DNA of 63,757 bases, filler included, from an uncultured bacterium (GTDB taxonomy: Bacteria; Latescibacterota; UBA2968): the NCBI GenBank assembly GCA_964471275.1. It is 7 parts of 7 records of this genome, joined end to end, with 100 filler letters (N's around TTAATTAATTAA, not from the genome) between each part and the next. Parts side by side here need not be neighbours in the genome. Positions count along the whole stretch, not along the records: positions 29,017 to 38,439 come from CAYYGZ010000184.1; positions 38,540 to 47,952 come from CAYYGZ010000185.1; 5 more parts are not named here. The stretch is one strand, 5' to 3'. Below the pieces are notes generated by a model. It saw nothing but the letters and a program-made list of their open reading frames with translations, was not told the origin of the DNA and searched no databases. A program made the translations under genes and the position numbers. Of the stretch, positions 29,018-39,172 are shown piece by piece. Within the stretch, counting starts at the first letter, position 1; every line of letters begins with the position of its first letter.

Positions 29018-30898
29018 TCTATTTTCGGGAAAATTATAAGTGCGGATTCGCTGCGACCGGTCCCCAGACCAACACCGCCGGACCCGGTTGCCCTGTCACA
29101 CTTTGTGAACGCTCGTCTCCACGAGCTCCAGGGACATCGTGACCAGGCGATCACGTCGCTCCGCGCGGCGATTGCCATCGATACCAAATCAGCCACGCTA
29201 TACGGTGCGCTTGCCAGGAATCTCGCCGCCCTGGAGCGATACGCCGAGGCGACCCTTCCCGCCAACAAGTCGCTTCAGCGGAACGCGAATGATCTGCAGG
29301 TTCGCTGGATCTACTACGAATCACTCCTGAAGGGGCTCGGCGACACGACACTGGCGCTTGAGCAACTGGAATCCATCGCGCGGCGCGACCCCGAACCCAT
29401 CAAAGCGCTCGATCGAATGCTCAAGATTCACGATGCTCGGAACGATAGTACCTCCGTGCTCAGAACGCTGGACCGGATTTCTGCACTCCCCGGTCTGGAA
29501 GAGGGCGGAAAGCTGATTGCCGCTCAGAACTATCAGATCCGGGGCGAGAACAGCAAAGCGGAGCAGCTTATCCAGAATGTCTTGAACAGGAATCCGGCGC
29601 GAGGAGATGCGTGGGTGAAACTCGCGAACCTTCAGGTTGTCCGGGGAGACACGCTGGCCGGTGCCCGGTCACTCCGTTCAGCCCTCCGTCATCCGACCCG
29701 TCGCGTGAATCCACACCCCGTTATGATGGAGTTAGTCAAGATATATGGCCCGGCGACCCGCATGGATTCGTTACTCAACGAGTCTCCACCCGACACCCTT
29801 TTCCAGGAACACCTCGGTGAGATATACCGTCAGGTGGCTCGAACTGGAGACCCAAAGCGGTCCGCCCAACTGCTCGAGCGCTCGCTCGCACTCTACCACA
29901 ATCTGACGCGACTCTCGCCTTCACGGGCCGATCTCCTGGCGAAACAGGGAGAGCTTCTGTTGCATCTGAACAGACCAGGAGATGCCAGACGCTCGTTCAT
30001 TCAAGCAGGCAAACTCGACAACAGAGCGGAGTATCATCTGGGGACGGCACACACGATGCTGTTCGAGCGACGATACGGACCGGCGATCCAGATTCTCGAG
30101 AACATCAAACCGAGGATGACACCGGGAACCGAGTTCTACGACAAGACGATGCTTTCTCTGGGCAATGCCTACTCGGCAATGGGCAGGAACCAGGAAGCCC
30201 GTGAGATCTACCAAGCATCGATCGAGGCCGTACCCGACAACACTGCCTACCCGTATGAACTCGGAGAGACCTACATCCGAGATGCAAACTGGGAGCAGGC
30301 GGCATCCATCTTCCGTGACCTTCTGCCGAGAGTGGAGAAGAACTCCACCGCCCTGGGCCAGACACTCTATAGCCTTGCGAGAACGCTTGAACGTAATGGT
30401 GAATTCGATGAGTCTGCACGTAGATTCGAACGACTGCTGTCGCTGCATCCAAACCATGCAGATGCGCTCAACTACCTGGGATACATGTTCGCGGAAAAGG
30501 GCGTTCGATTAGGTGAGGCGGAGAGCTTCATAAAGCGAGCACTCGAGACCGATCCGAACAACGGAGCCTATCTCGACAGCCTTGGATGGGTCTACTACCA
30601 GGCGAAGGACTACCGACGAGCCCAGGAATTCCTGCAGAAAGCGATCAGCCAGGAAGAAGAAGCGCTGAAACGGATCGACCCGGATGAAACGGGAAGGCGG
30701 AGGGCCATAAGCGAGAACCTCGCTGTCATATACGACCATGCGGGGGATTGTGCCTTCGCGATCAACCAGTTCGGGGAAGCCAGGCGGCGCTGGACCCAGG
30801 CACTTGAGAACAATCCGAACATCCCCAGGACACAGGAAAAGCTTAATGCCCTGGCCCTGGAGCATGGTTCAGGAACGGGCGGAGAAGTTGCGCCCTGA
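29018..30898 (+). CDS. Tetratricopeptide-repeat envelope protein, 5' partial
   Basis: Many TPRs; conserved C-terminal ALNYLGYM.AE...P.NGAYLDSLGWVYY...DH.GD block. Confidence 0.85.
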   Translation, partial: SIFGKIISADSLRPVPRPTPPDPVALSHFVNARLHELQGHRDQAITSLRAAIAIDTKSATLYGALARNLAALERYAEATLPANKSLQRNANDLQVRWIYYESLLKGLGDTTLALEQLESIARRDPEPIKALDRMLKIHDARNDSTSVLRTLDRISALPGLEEGGKLIAAQNYQIRGENSKAEQLIQNVLNRNPARGDAWVKLANLQVVRGDTLAGARSLRSALRHPTRRVNPHPVMMELVKIYGPATRMDSLLNESPPDTLFQEHLGEIYRQVARTGDPKRSAQLLERSLALYHNLTRLSPSRADLLAKQGELLLHLNRPGDARRSFIQAGKLDNRAEYHLGTAHTMLFERRYGPAIQILENIKPRMTPGTEFYDKTMLSLGNAYSAMGRNQEAREIYQASIEAVPDNTAYPYELGETYIRDANWEQAASIFRDLLPRVEKNSTALGQTLYSLARTLERNGEFDESARRFERLLSLHPNHADALNYLGYMFAEKGVRLGEAESFIKRALETDPNNGAYLDSLGWVYYQAKDYRRAQEFLQKAISQEEEALKRIDPDETGRRRAISENLAVIYDHAGDCAFAINQFGEARRRWTQALENNPNIPRTQEKLNALALEHGSGTGGEVAP

Positions 30899-31682
30899 AG
30901 TAAATCCTAGCTCCCTGCCGCGCGGTTGGCGATCGGTCCTGGCCATCCTCATCTTCGGCTGTGCAAGCACCTTACCGGGTATCGCTGTCACACCGGTGCG
31001 GGGTCCGGGCGACGTCATCGATAGGATCGCTGCGCACACCGATTCGCTGCAAACCGCCCGAATCCGGGCGAGAATATCCATAGAAATAGACGGCGTCCGC
31101 CAAAGGGCCTCGAGCGTGGTGTTCTTCGATCACCCAACCGACCTCAGGATGGATGTCAGTGGGGCACTCGGTGTCAGCATCATGTCAGCCCGGTTCTGGG
31201 TCGACTCGTTGCGCATCTACCTCCCTGCCGAGAACGGCTACCTGGACGGTCTCGCCGCCCCCGTGCTCTACCAGGTCACAGGAATGAACCTGGGCTATTA
31301 CGAAGTACAGAAGGCGATCCTCGGGATACCCACGCTTGACGCTTCCGATCGTGACGACGTCATCAGCTTCAGGACCACACCAGACCACCACATCCTGGAC
31401 ATTCAATCCGGCCCATACCGGAAACACCTGTGGATCGATCGAAGAAACGTGACACTTGTTCGCGAGGACATCGTCAACCACGATGGGAGGCTGCTGTCCA
31501 GGCTCAGCCTGAACCGATACAAGCTCAGGTCAGGCTGTCTCCTCCCGACTCAGATAGAGATTTCACAGGGCCCGAATCAAATCGCCTGGACTGTAGAGTC
31601 GGCCCGTGTCAACGAGGGCCTCGACCCCAAAGTGTTCAACCTGACTTTACCCGATGGCACGGGTCGCCTCGAGGGTACATGA
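30888..31682 (+). CDS. DUF4292 / LolB-like outer-membrane lipoprotein
   Basis: TTG start with GGAG RBS, lipobox IFGC, beta-rich LolA/B-type fold ending FNLTLP; follows a TPR gene as is usual. Confidence 0.65.
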   Translation: MRPEVNPSSLPRGWRSVLAILIFGCASTLPGIAVTPVRGPGDVIDRIAAHTDSLQTARIRARISIEIDGVRQRASSVVFFDHPTDLRMDVSGALGVSIMSARFWVDSLRIYLPAENGYLDGLAAPVLYQVTGMNLGYYEVQKAILGIPTLDASDRDDVISFRTTPDHHILDIQSGPYRKHLWIDRRNVTLVREDIVNHDGRLLSRLSLNRYKLRSGCLLPTQIEISQGPNQIAWTVESARVNEGLDPKVFNLTLPDGTGRLEGT

Positions 31683-31760
31683 GAAAAGCCTCGGTGATCC
31701 AGACCACCGAGGCACACAATACCGCGTTCAATCAGCGTTACGCCGAATCCACCCGATTCT

Positions 31761-31946
31761 TCAACTCTCATCACGCAATTTGTTGAGATCAACGTCCTTA
31801 TCGGCCACCAGGTAGGCCAACGGGGCGTCTGGCGATTCGTCGAACAGGCGATCAACCACCTGACGAACTGGCGGATCTCCTGACGTCAGACTGTTGGACC
31901 AGCGGTCGGTAGACCTTCGCACGACCATCCTTCCGAAACGTGACAT
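31761..31946 (-). CDS. Small hypothetical protein
   Basis: 61-aa ORF with AAGGGG just upstream, in an otherwise empty gap. Confidence 0.4.
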   Translation of the reverse strand: MSRFGRMVVRRSTDRWSNSLTSGDPPVRQVVDRLFDESPDAPLAYLVADKDVDLNKLRDES

Positions 31947-32146
31947 ACCCCTTCTGTTCTATAATCTGCAACAGTGTACAGATCGTGGAATCGACCAGAC
32001 AATCCGGAAAATGATCCTGGATTTTCTCCACCGTCGCTTCTTGGAACCACTAGATCACCTGCATGATCTGCGTTTCTCGAGTCGTAAGCCCCTCTTCACG
32101 TTTTCTAGCCATAGCACTAAAAACATAGCGCAACGGAATCGGCTAG

Positions 32147-33022
32147 TCACGATCGCCTGAAAAAGCGGGCAATACGGGATCCCGTACGCCTGACAGCGTG
32201 ACCGGAGACCGCCATTGCCAGACTTGTCTCCCCTTCCCGCTCCCGCCACTGATTCCGGAGTTCGATCATCGACTTGCCCGTCAGCTTCCCCGATGCCTCG
32301 AGATGGACAGATTCCTGGAATATCCTCAGACAATCCACTGTCGCACCGTTGAGTTCGCCGCTGATCTGGGTCACGTCGTAGCCCAAGTTGTTTAGCAGAA
32401 CCTGGGCCTCGTATACGTGTTCAGATCCGAGTTCGATGTCTTCGGTTTCTGATACCGATCGGTGCTCGGCCGTGGCACCGACCGAAGTGATCTCGGAGAG
32501 CAGCACCCACCTCACTAGCCGTGTTTCGAAACCTGCAACCAACAGCGAGACAAAGGAGAGCACGACGATCGCTGCACCGATTCCCCATCGGATGACATAG
32601 TGACCGGAATGACCATCCACCCACGATAGCGCATACAGAACATCGAACCCGATCAGATGGGCGCATCCCAGGGCCGCCACGGCGTGAATTGCGGCCAGGA
32701 TGCACGGCGTCTTGTAGGGAATCCGAAGCGGTGTCGAAGCGTTGTGACGCGTGAATGCCACAAGAACGGCCCACGCGTCGACCATCAGGAGGAGGGCGGG
32801 CAGACGAGACATCACTGAGAAGGCTTGATCCGTGGGGTTGGTCCCGTCCGACACACCCCACACGGCTGCCAGGAGGACGGCGAGTCCACTTGTGATGTAA
32901 GTGCCCCAGATCATCAGTGCAGCGACGCGTGCATCGGCTTGTGGCACCTGCATTTGTGTCATATCGAGTCGGTTCATCGTAAGCTGACCTGCAGATCGTG
33001 CCTCAATATACGGGGTCGTCAT
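32147..33022 (-). CDS. Membrane protein with C-terminal peptidoglycan-binding domain
   Basis: About four TM helices, then VYEAQVLLNNLGY....GELNGATVDCLRIFQESVHLEASG (PG_binding_1-like). Confidence 0.7.
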   Translation of the reverse strand: MTTPYIEARSAGQLTMNRLDMTQMQVPQADARVAALMIWGTYITSGLAVLLAAVWGVSDGTNPTDQAFSVMSRLPALLLMVDAWAVLVAFTRHNASTPLRIPYKTPCILAAIHAVAALGCAHLIGFDVLYALSWVDGHSGHYVIRWGIGAAIVVLSFVSLLVAGFETRLVRWVLLSEITSVGATAEHRSVSETEDIELGSEHVYEAQVLLNNLGYDVTQISGELNGATVDCLRIFQESVHLEASGKLTGKSMIELRNQWREREGETSLAMAVSGHAVRRTGSRIARFFRRS

Positions 33023-34235
33023 GCCCGATCAAGGTTGATCGACCGGGTGTAGCCAGCCTTCTGGAGAGCCCCCCCCAGAGAGCCACGACGGCAAGCATCG
33101 ACGCGGCAGCGGGTGCCAGCGCGGTCGTTTCTGGCCCATAGAAGTATTCGAATGCGAACGCCATCCCAAAACCGCCCCCAAGGAGCACAGCCATCGCGAC
33201 AGCCGCAAAACGCTCGTGTCGGGCTGCCATCAAGAGCGTGTGTGCCAGACCGCAAAGCGCAAATGGTGGGACACAGGATGCGAGAAGTCGTATCGGTCTG
33301 ACGCTCCCGACAAACGCTTCGCCAAAGACATAAATGGTGAGAGGCGCCAGAAGAAACAGGAGAAGCATCACGATCAGACTGTAGATTACGAACCACATTC
33401 CCATACCCGAGGGGCGCGCCCCTTCTTTCACGGCACTCGCCAAAACCGCCTCGAAGCCCGCACTCACCAGCACGTAAGTGGCGGCAGCAGCACGATAGCC
33501 CACGTAGTACACACCTGCTTCGGCGGGCGATAGGATATATGTCGCGAGGTAGGACAGATACAGAAGGTTTCCGAGGTAGTAGATACCGGGCAAATGGAGA
33601 CAACCGGATCGGGCCGATTGCCAGTCGATTCCGATTCGAAAGGAGAGCCGCGTGTCCGGACAGACGCGATGCAGAAGCACAAATGCCGCAGCGCAGTATC
33701 CGATACGCGAGAACGCATAGCACCAGCCGACGGTAACCAGATCCCCCCCCCAACGCATCGCCAGATACAGGCTGAGGACCAGTACCACGTTGAGAGCGCT
33801 GATAATGCAGCAGCTGAGATCTGATCTCTGCAGACCTTTGAACACCGCGTTCGCGCTGTCGCCCAGACTCACGGCGAGCGTCGATAATCCTATGAGTGCG
33901 ACGAGCAGCACCACGTGCGCCCCACCCCAAATCTGACCACCACCAACCATCAGAATGAATGCGAGGGGGGCAATCGTCACTTTGTAGGAGATAACTTCGT
34001 GCAGAATGCGCGACAAGCTATCACCTGATGCGACAATCTTGATAATCCGGTTGTTCATCCCGAGGTCAAGCAGCGGAATGAAGAATGCCGTCAGGGAGAT
34101 CGCAAAACCGTAGTCGGCCAGCAGGTCTGTTCCCAAAACACGGGCGACCATGACCATACAGGCGAAGCCGCCGAGTGTGTGGACGGCCTTCTCAACTGTC
34201 AAGCAGATGACGTTGCGTTTCAGGCTCATCCGCAT
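33003..34235 (-). CDS. Wzx/MOP-family oligosaccharide flippase
   Basis: SLKRN, VARVLG...YG, LDLG, VFGEAF; about 12 TM segments. Confidence 0.78.
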   Translation of the reverse strand: MRMSLKRNVICLTVEKAVHTLGGFACMVMVARVLGTDLLADYGFAISLTAFFIPLLDLGMNNRIIKIVASGDSLSRILHEVISYKVTIAPLAFILMVGGGQIWGGAHVVLLVALIGLSTLAVSLGDSANAVFKGLQRSDLSCCIISALNVVLVLSLYLAMRWGGDLVTVGWCYAFSRIGYCAAAFVLLHRVCPDTRLSFRIGIDWQSARSGCLHLPGIYYLGNLLYLSYLATYILSPAEAGVYYVGYRAAAATYVLVSAGFEAVLASAVKEGARPSGMGMWFVIYSLIVMLLLFLLAPLTIYVFGEAFVGSVRPIRLLASCVPPFALCGLAHTLLMAARHERFAAVAMAVLLGGGFGMAFAFEYFYGPETTALAPAAASMLAVVALWGGLSRRLATPGRSTLIGHDDPVY

Positions 34236-34308
34236 AGCACCAACGCAAAAAGGAGCAAGCGCTTAGCCTGCTCCATCCGAGAATCACAGATCTGTCGCAG
34301 AGCGTCTC

Positions 34309-34995
34309 TCAACCGCCTGATCCAAAACGATCTAACACTCGAATCACCACGACATCGACATCACTCGTATCGCCTACACCTGTGATTATGTCGTCCGAAA
34401 CACTCAACTCGAACACGTAGTCTGCAGGTGCCGGTGGATCAAAGAAAGGCGAGGGCCCGGATGCGCCCTGCAAAGCGACCGTCGGCCCCAGAAGCTGTCG
34501 CCAGAAATACTTGAGCTCGTCATCGTCCGGATCTGCGCTGCCCGTCCCATCGATCGTCACGCTTAACACATCCTGGAAGACGACAATCCTGTCCGGCTCG
34601 AGCACTGCGACGGGCGGACCCTGCGTAACCAGGATCTGGACCATCTGGGTGGGCACGTCGTCTGTAACCCCGTCACTCACCTCCACAGACAGGCTATATG
34701 CCCCAACATCGGCAGGCGCTTTCCAGACCACCGTCACGGAATCCTGAAACAGGTCGATCAGCGTATCCGCGTTGCTGCGGTTGAAGGCCCCGCCAGATGC
34801 GATCCACCGGAAATCGAGCTCATCGTTGTCCCCGTCCTCGGTAAACAGCGTGATATAGACCTCCTGTCCTCGCCCAACAGATGGATTCTGGCCACGATCG
34901 GTCGTTACCCCGAGAATCTGGGGTGCGTTCTGGCGGTCGAGAAGCGTGCAGGCTGCAAGACCGAGGATCAAAACAGGCAGAAAAAATCGAGTCAT
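34309..34995 (-). CDS. Lipoprotein with Ig/PKD-like domains
   Basis: Lipobox LAAC; DGDNDEL.FRW, WKAP...G.Y.L.VEVSDG, DGTGSADPDDDELKYFWRQ..GP. Confidence 0.75.
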   Translation of the reverse strand: MTRFFLPVLILGLAACTLLDRQNAPQILGVTTDRGQNPSVGRGQEVYITLFTEDGDNDELDFRWIASGGAFNRSNADTLIDLFQDSVTVVWKAPADVGAYSLSVEVSDGVTDDVPTQMVQILVTQGPPVAVLEPDRIVVFQDVLSVTIDGTGSADPDDDELKYFWRQLLGPTVALQGASGPSPFFDPPAPADYVFELSVSDDIITGVGDTSDVDVVVIRVLDRFGSGG

Positions 34996-35052
34996 AGTTC
35001 CATGGTGTTCAACGTGCAACCGCACCGTTAACAATTCTCCCTAAGTATTTGT

Positions 35053-35081
35053 AATATATTATCTTGCGTGCGGCTTGTCAA
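35053..35081 (-). promoter_or_regulatory. Sigma70-type promoter for the lipoprotein-flippase-PG-binding operon
   Basis: TTGACA-17-TATATT on the minus strand. Confidence 0.65.
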
Positions 35082-35235
35082 TGCAGAGAGCGCCCGGACT
35101 CGCTTGAAACAAGGAAAGGCTCAGCCTTAATTTGCAAGCAATTAACCAACGAAAGGCCAATGGGTTCCCCTTCTGACCCCTTGGCTCTTTTTAGTTTGTG
35201 CGTGCACATACGAGATACGATTAGGTCGGGACAAG

Positions 35236-36631
35236 ATGAACCACAAAATCCTCTGCGTAGATGACGATCTGTCGATCCGCACCGTGCTGGACAAGGCTCT
35301 CCGTGCGGAGGGGTATGATGTGATCACCGCAATGAACGGGGAAGAAGGCGCCGAATTGGCCGAAAGCCAGGATCCCGACCTGATCCTGCTGGACATCGGC
35401 CTCACCGGAATTAACGGGATCGAAACGCTATCACGCATCAAGAAGCCGCCCCCAGAGGCTTCGGCGATCACGATCACCGCCGAGGGTACGATTGAGTCCG
35501 CCGTCGCCGCCATGAAAGCGGGTGCGCGCAACTATATACAGAAGCCATTCAACACCGAGGGACTTCAACTCCTTATTGCCGAAACGCTGGAGACCGTTCG
35601 ACTCAAGAAGGAAGTGCACGTCCTCCGCAGCGCCCAGAGAGACAGGAGCGACGTCGACCGAATGGTGGCCGAGTCCTCGGTCTTCAAGCGTGTACTCAAG
35701 ATGTCGCAGCGGATCGCGAAGAGCGACTCGACCACCGCACTGATCGAGGGTGAGATCGGCTGCCGGCAAAGAACATATCGCTCCCATCATCCATTACAAG
35801 AGGGTCCGCTCAGAGGGTCCCTTCATTGCTATCAACTGTGGCGCAATTCTGAAAGACCTTGTTGAATCCGAGCTCTTCAGAAGTGAGAAGAGGGCTTTTA
35901 CGGGCGCCGCCCAATCTCGCTTGGGAAAGTTCGAGGCCGCGGACGGAGGGACGCTTTTTCTCGACGAGATCGGTGAACTCAGTCTCGACAATCAGATCAG
36001 ACTTCTCCGGGTCCTGGAAGAACGATCCTTCTACCGACTCGGTGGGAACAAGGACATACACGTCGACGTATAAATCATGTCGGCCACGAACCTGGACCTT
36101 CGCGAGGCGACGGAGGCCGGAAATTTCCGGGAGGATCTATTCTACCGACTGAATGTCGCGCCGATCTACATTCCTCCCCTTCGCGAAAGACGGGATGACA
36201 TCATTCCCTTGGTGCAGCGATTCCTGAATGAGTTCGCAGGCACCGCTGAAGGCGGCACGCGCAAAACCGATCCGCATGCGGAGCAGGCTTTGCTGGCGTA
36301 AGATTGGAAGGGAAACGTTCGCGAGGTCAGAAATGCGGTCGAACGCATCGCACTGCTGGAAGAGGGAGATACGCTTCTGCCCGAGCACCTCGATTTCCTT
36401 GGTGGATTGAGGCGGCCCGAACGCGCGATGAGCGAGAACGAGAACCTGGAGACCGATGGGGATGCGTTCCGCCTACCACCTGAGGGCGTGATCCTCGATG
36501 ACCTCAACAAAGATCTGATTCAGCAGGCCCTGGAGATGACGAGCGGCAATCAGGTCCGCGCCGAAAAACTGCTTGGGTTGACGCGTGGCAAGTTGCGTTA
36601 TCGCCTCGACAAATACGGCATCCAGAGTTGA
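35236..36631 (+). pseudogene. NtrC/AtoC-type sigma-54 response regulator pseudogene
   Basis: Intact receiver (VDDD, LLDI, KPF); frameshift near 35755 in Walker A; in-frame TAA at 36071 and 36299; ELFRSEKRAFTGA decay; Fis HTH retained. Confidence 0.9.
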
Positions 36632-36660
36632 CGCGCCCCTGCAACCCTCCCGCACCTGAC

Positions 36661-37287
36661 CTAATTCTCCGCCAGAAGACGCCTGACGACCGGTGTCGCA
36701 TCCATCCTCAAGGTCGGACTGTCGCCATCCAGATAGGCCCGGATACGTCCACGTTTGTCGACCACGGCAAGCTTCGTACTGTGCAGAATCTGATGGGGTC
36801 CGTCAGTCACCTCGACCGAAGCTCGAAACCCGTTTCGGATCAGGTCGTAGACACGTGACTTCTCACCCGTCAGAAAATGCCACACGCTTCCCTTGGCGCC
36901 ATACCTTTCCGCGTAGGCGGACAGAACTTCCGGCTTATCCCATTCAGGATCGACACTGATCGAAACCAGCTTCACCTCGGGCAGCCTGAACCAGGCATCC
37001 TGCAGTCTGGCCATCTGGTCAGACAACGCGGGGCAAGGCCCCTGACACCGCGTGAAGACGAAATCAACGATAATGACGTGACCAAGCAGGTCGCTGCGGG
37101 TTACGGAGCGACCGGACTGATTGACCAGAGAGAAATCTGGAAGCTGCCCCATGGTTTTGGCCCGCCTCTGCTTCTCGGCACGGATGCGCGAAATCTCCGA
37201 CCTGAACATAGCGACCGACACGGCCAGCATCAGCAGAACGGCCAGCGCCGCAATCCCGATGATCAATCGCCGATTGCAGGATTCCAT
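36661..37287 (-). CDS. SCO1/SenC family copper chaperone
   Basis: N-terminal anchor, FTRCQGPCP (CxxxC), SVDPEWD, WHFLTG, ILHS. Confidence 0.92.
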   Translation of the reverse strand: MESCNRRLIIGIAALAVLLMLAVSVAMFRSEISRIRAEKQRRAKTMGQLPDFSLVNQSGRSVTRSDLLGHVIIVDFVFTRCQGPCPALSDQMARLQDAWFRLPEVKLVSISVDPEWDKPEVLSAYAERYGAKGSVWHFLTGEKSRVYDLIRNGFRASVEVTDGPHQILHSTKLAVVDKRGRIRAYLDGDSPTLRMDATPVVRRLLAEN

Positions 37288-38096
37288 TATGCACCCCGAT
37301 CCCGGTCACCCACGGCAAGCGATGACCAGCCGACCATCACAATGCCAAACACGGTGGTGATCGCCAGACAAACGGAAAGCCCCGGCAGGTCCGCACAGAC
37401 AACGGATCTGTCAGGATAGTAGATTACGCCACGAAGCGCAGCCGTCGCGTAAGTCATCGGGTTGACTCGCATGAGCCAGTAGAGCCACGTTGGCGCACCC
37501 GACAGCGGAAAGAAGGCGCCAGACAGCAACCACATGGGCATCAGCAGAAGGTTCATGATGGCGTGGAAGCCCGCGGTCGACTCTATTCTCCAGGCGATTC
37601 TGAATCCGAGTCCGGTCATGCTGATCGCGATCAGAATCAGTGTGACGAGTGTGATCAGGAAAGACACGACAGAGACTTGGATTCCGACCAGAGGCGCAAG
37701 GATCAGGAAGATAAGACCCTCCCCGACAGCGACAGTCGTTCCCCCAAGGATCTTTCCCAACACGATGCCAAAGGAGTGGATCGGGGCAACGACGACCGAC
37801 TGCATGAACCCTTCCCGCTTGTCCTCCACGACCGAGATAGTAGAGAAGATCGCCGTAAAGAGCAGAATCAACATCATGGTCCCAGGATAGATATACTCCA
37901 GATATGTCAGGCCGCCTGCCGCATCACCCGCAACGAAGGATCCCGTGAAACCTGACCCCACAAGGATCCACAAAAGGACGGGCTGAAGAATCGAGCTCAA
38001 CAGCCTGTTTCGATCTCGAACAAACCGAAGCACCTCGCGTTTCCAGAGCGAATAGATGGCAGCAAACAGGATCGGTCTGGGTTCAGACATCGTCAT
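37287..38096 (-). CDS. ABC-2 type transporter permease
   Basis: WKREVLRFVRD, Y.YPG, EDKREGF, LGK.LGG, LSGAFFP, NPMTY. Confidence 0.9.
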   Translation of the reverse strand: MTMSEPRPILFAAIYSLWKREVLRFVRDRNRLLSSILQPVLLWILVGSGFTGSFVAGDAAGGLTYLEYIYPGTMMLILLFTAIFSTISVVEDKREGFMQSVVVAPIHSFGIVLGKILGGTTVAVGEGLIFLILAPLVGIQVSVVSFLITLVTLILIAISMTGLGFRIAWRIESTAGFHAIMNLLLMPMWLLSGAFFPLSGAPTWLYWLMRVNPMTYATAALRGVIYYPDRSVVCADLPGLSVCLAITTVFGIVMVGWSSLAVGDRDRGA

Positions 38097-38439
38097 CACC
38101 GATCTCGAAGCGTTGGCCGCTATGCTCGACAAAAACATCCTCCAGTGTAGGACGTCCGATACTCACCGAGTCCGCCAGATCTCCACACACACGGTAGACG
38201 TCGGAGATCAACTCATCGGCCCGACTTGAAGTGATCCGAACTTGCCCAGCCAGAGTCTCACACTCGAGATCAAGCTGCCCCTTCAGAGCGAATGACACGT
38301 CTTCTGCCGCCCTCGTCTGAATCACGATCACGTCGCCTCCTACGCCCCGCTTGAGATCGCCCGGGTTCCCCTCGGAAATCATCCTGCCCCCGGCAAGGAT
38401 ACCGATACGGTCACACCGCTCGGCCTCCTCGAGATGATG
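38083..38439 (-). CDS. ABC transporter ATP-binding protein, C-terminal fragment
   Basis: H-loop HHLEEAERCDRIGIL and C-terminal PTLEDVF. Confidence 0.85.
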   Translation of the reverse strand, partial: HHLEEAERCDRIGILAGGRMISEGNPGDLKRGVGGDVIVIQTRAAEDVSFALKGQLDLECETLAGQVRITSSRADELISDVYRVCGDLADSVSIGRPTLEDVFVEHSGQRFEIGDDDV

Positions 38440-38539
38440 NNNNNNNNNNNNNNNNNNNNNNNNNNNNNNNNNNNNNNNNNNNNTTAATTAATTAANNNNN
38501 NNNNNNNNNNNNNNNNNNNNNNNNNNNNNNNNNNNNNNN
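38440..38539. other. Artificial contig linker
   Basis: 44 N + TTAATTAATTAA + 44 N. Confidence 0.99.
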
Positions 38540-38541
38540 CC

Positions 38542-39006
38542 CTGACCTTTCCGCCAATTCTGCTTATGGCCGGCCCGATCCCGGCACAGACGGCATCTAC
38601 CACCGAGACCGTTAACCAAAGAGAGCTGGCAACTGCGATTGCAGACGATCTGTGGAATCAACCCGAGACCGTCCGCAGCAGGATCGTCTCCTTGCTCATG
38701 AAGGCAATGAACGACCCATCGGAAGCGATCCGAATCGATGCCCTGGGGAGCATCGGCAAGGCATCACGTCCAGCAGTTCCCTCGCTCGTCCAGGTGCTCA
38801 ATGGTGATTCCAGGCCTTTCCGGATAGCGGCAATCAAAGCGATCAGGCCGGATCAATGGCCCATCGGGTCCCACCATCAGCCGCCTGATCACACTCATGT
38901 CGGACTCGTCAATGCCTATTTGCAGAGAACCCTCCAGGCACAGCTGTCCGATGACGGAGTCCTCCTCGCCTCACCCGAGCCGATTGGGCACGAGGAAGAA
39001 CGATGA
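38542..39006 (+). CDS. HEAT-repeat protein fragment (possibly degraded)
   Basis: LMKAMNDPSEAIRIDALGSIG...AVPSLVQVLNGD...RIAAIKAI; similarity fades afterwards. Confidence 0.5.
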   Translation: MTFPPILLMAGPIPAQTASTTETVNQRELATAIADDLWNQPETVRSRIVSLLMKAMNDPSEAIRIDALGSIGKASRPAVPSLVQVLNGDSRPFRIAAIKAIRPDQWPIGSHHQPPDHTHVGLVNAYLQRTLQAQLSDDGVLLASPEPIGHEEER

Positions 39007-39172
39007 GAAACCCCTGGACTCCCTTCGTCATCCCTCAAAACGTCTGTGTCCAGAGGTAAGTCGGAGATCGATGCCCTGATTCACCCCGAGTAGAGTCTTG
39101 CCAGGTACACGAAGAATCGCCCCCGGCCCTTAGGCTGGAGGCGATGGGTACTGCTCCCGCTCACCACTCGTC

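Noticed and set aside
36661..38439. SCO gene abutting an ABC-2 transporter as a novel copper system
   Set aside because: More simply the tail of a cytochrome oxidase assembly cluster cut off by the contig end.
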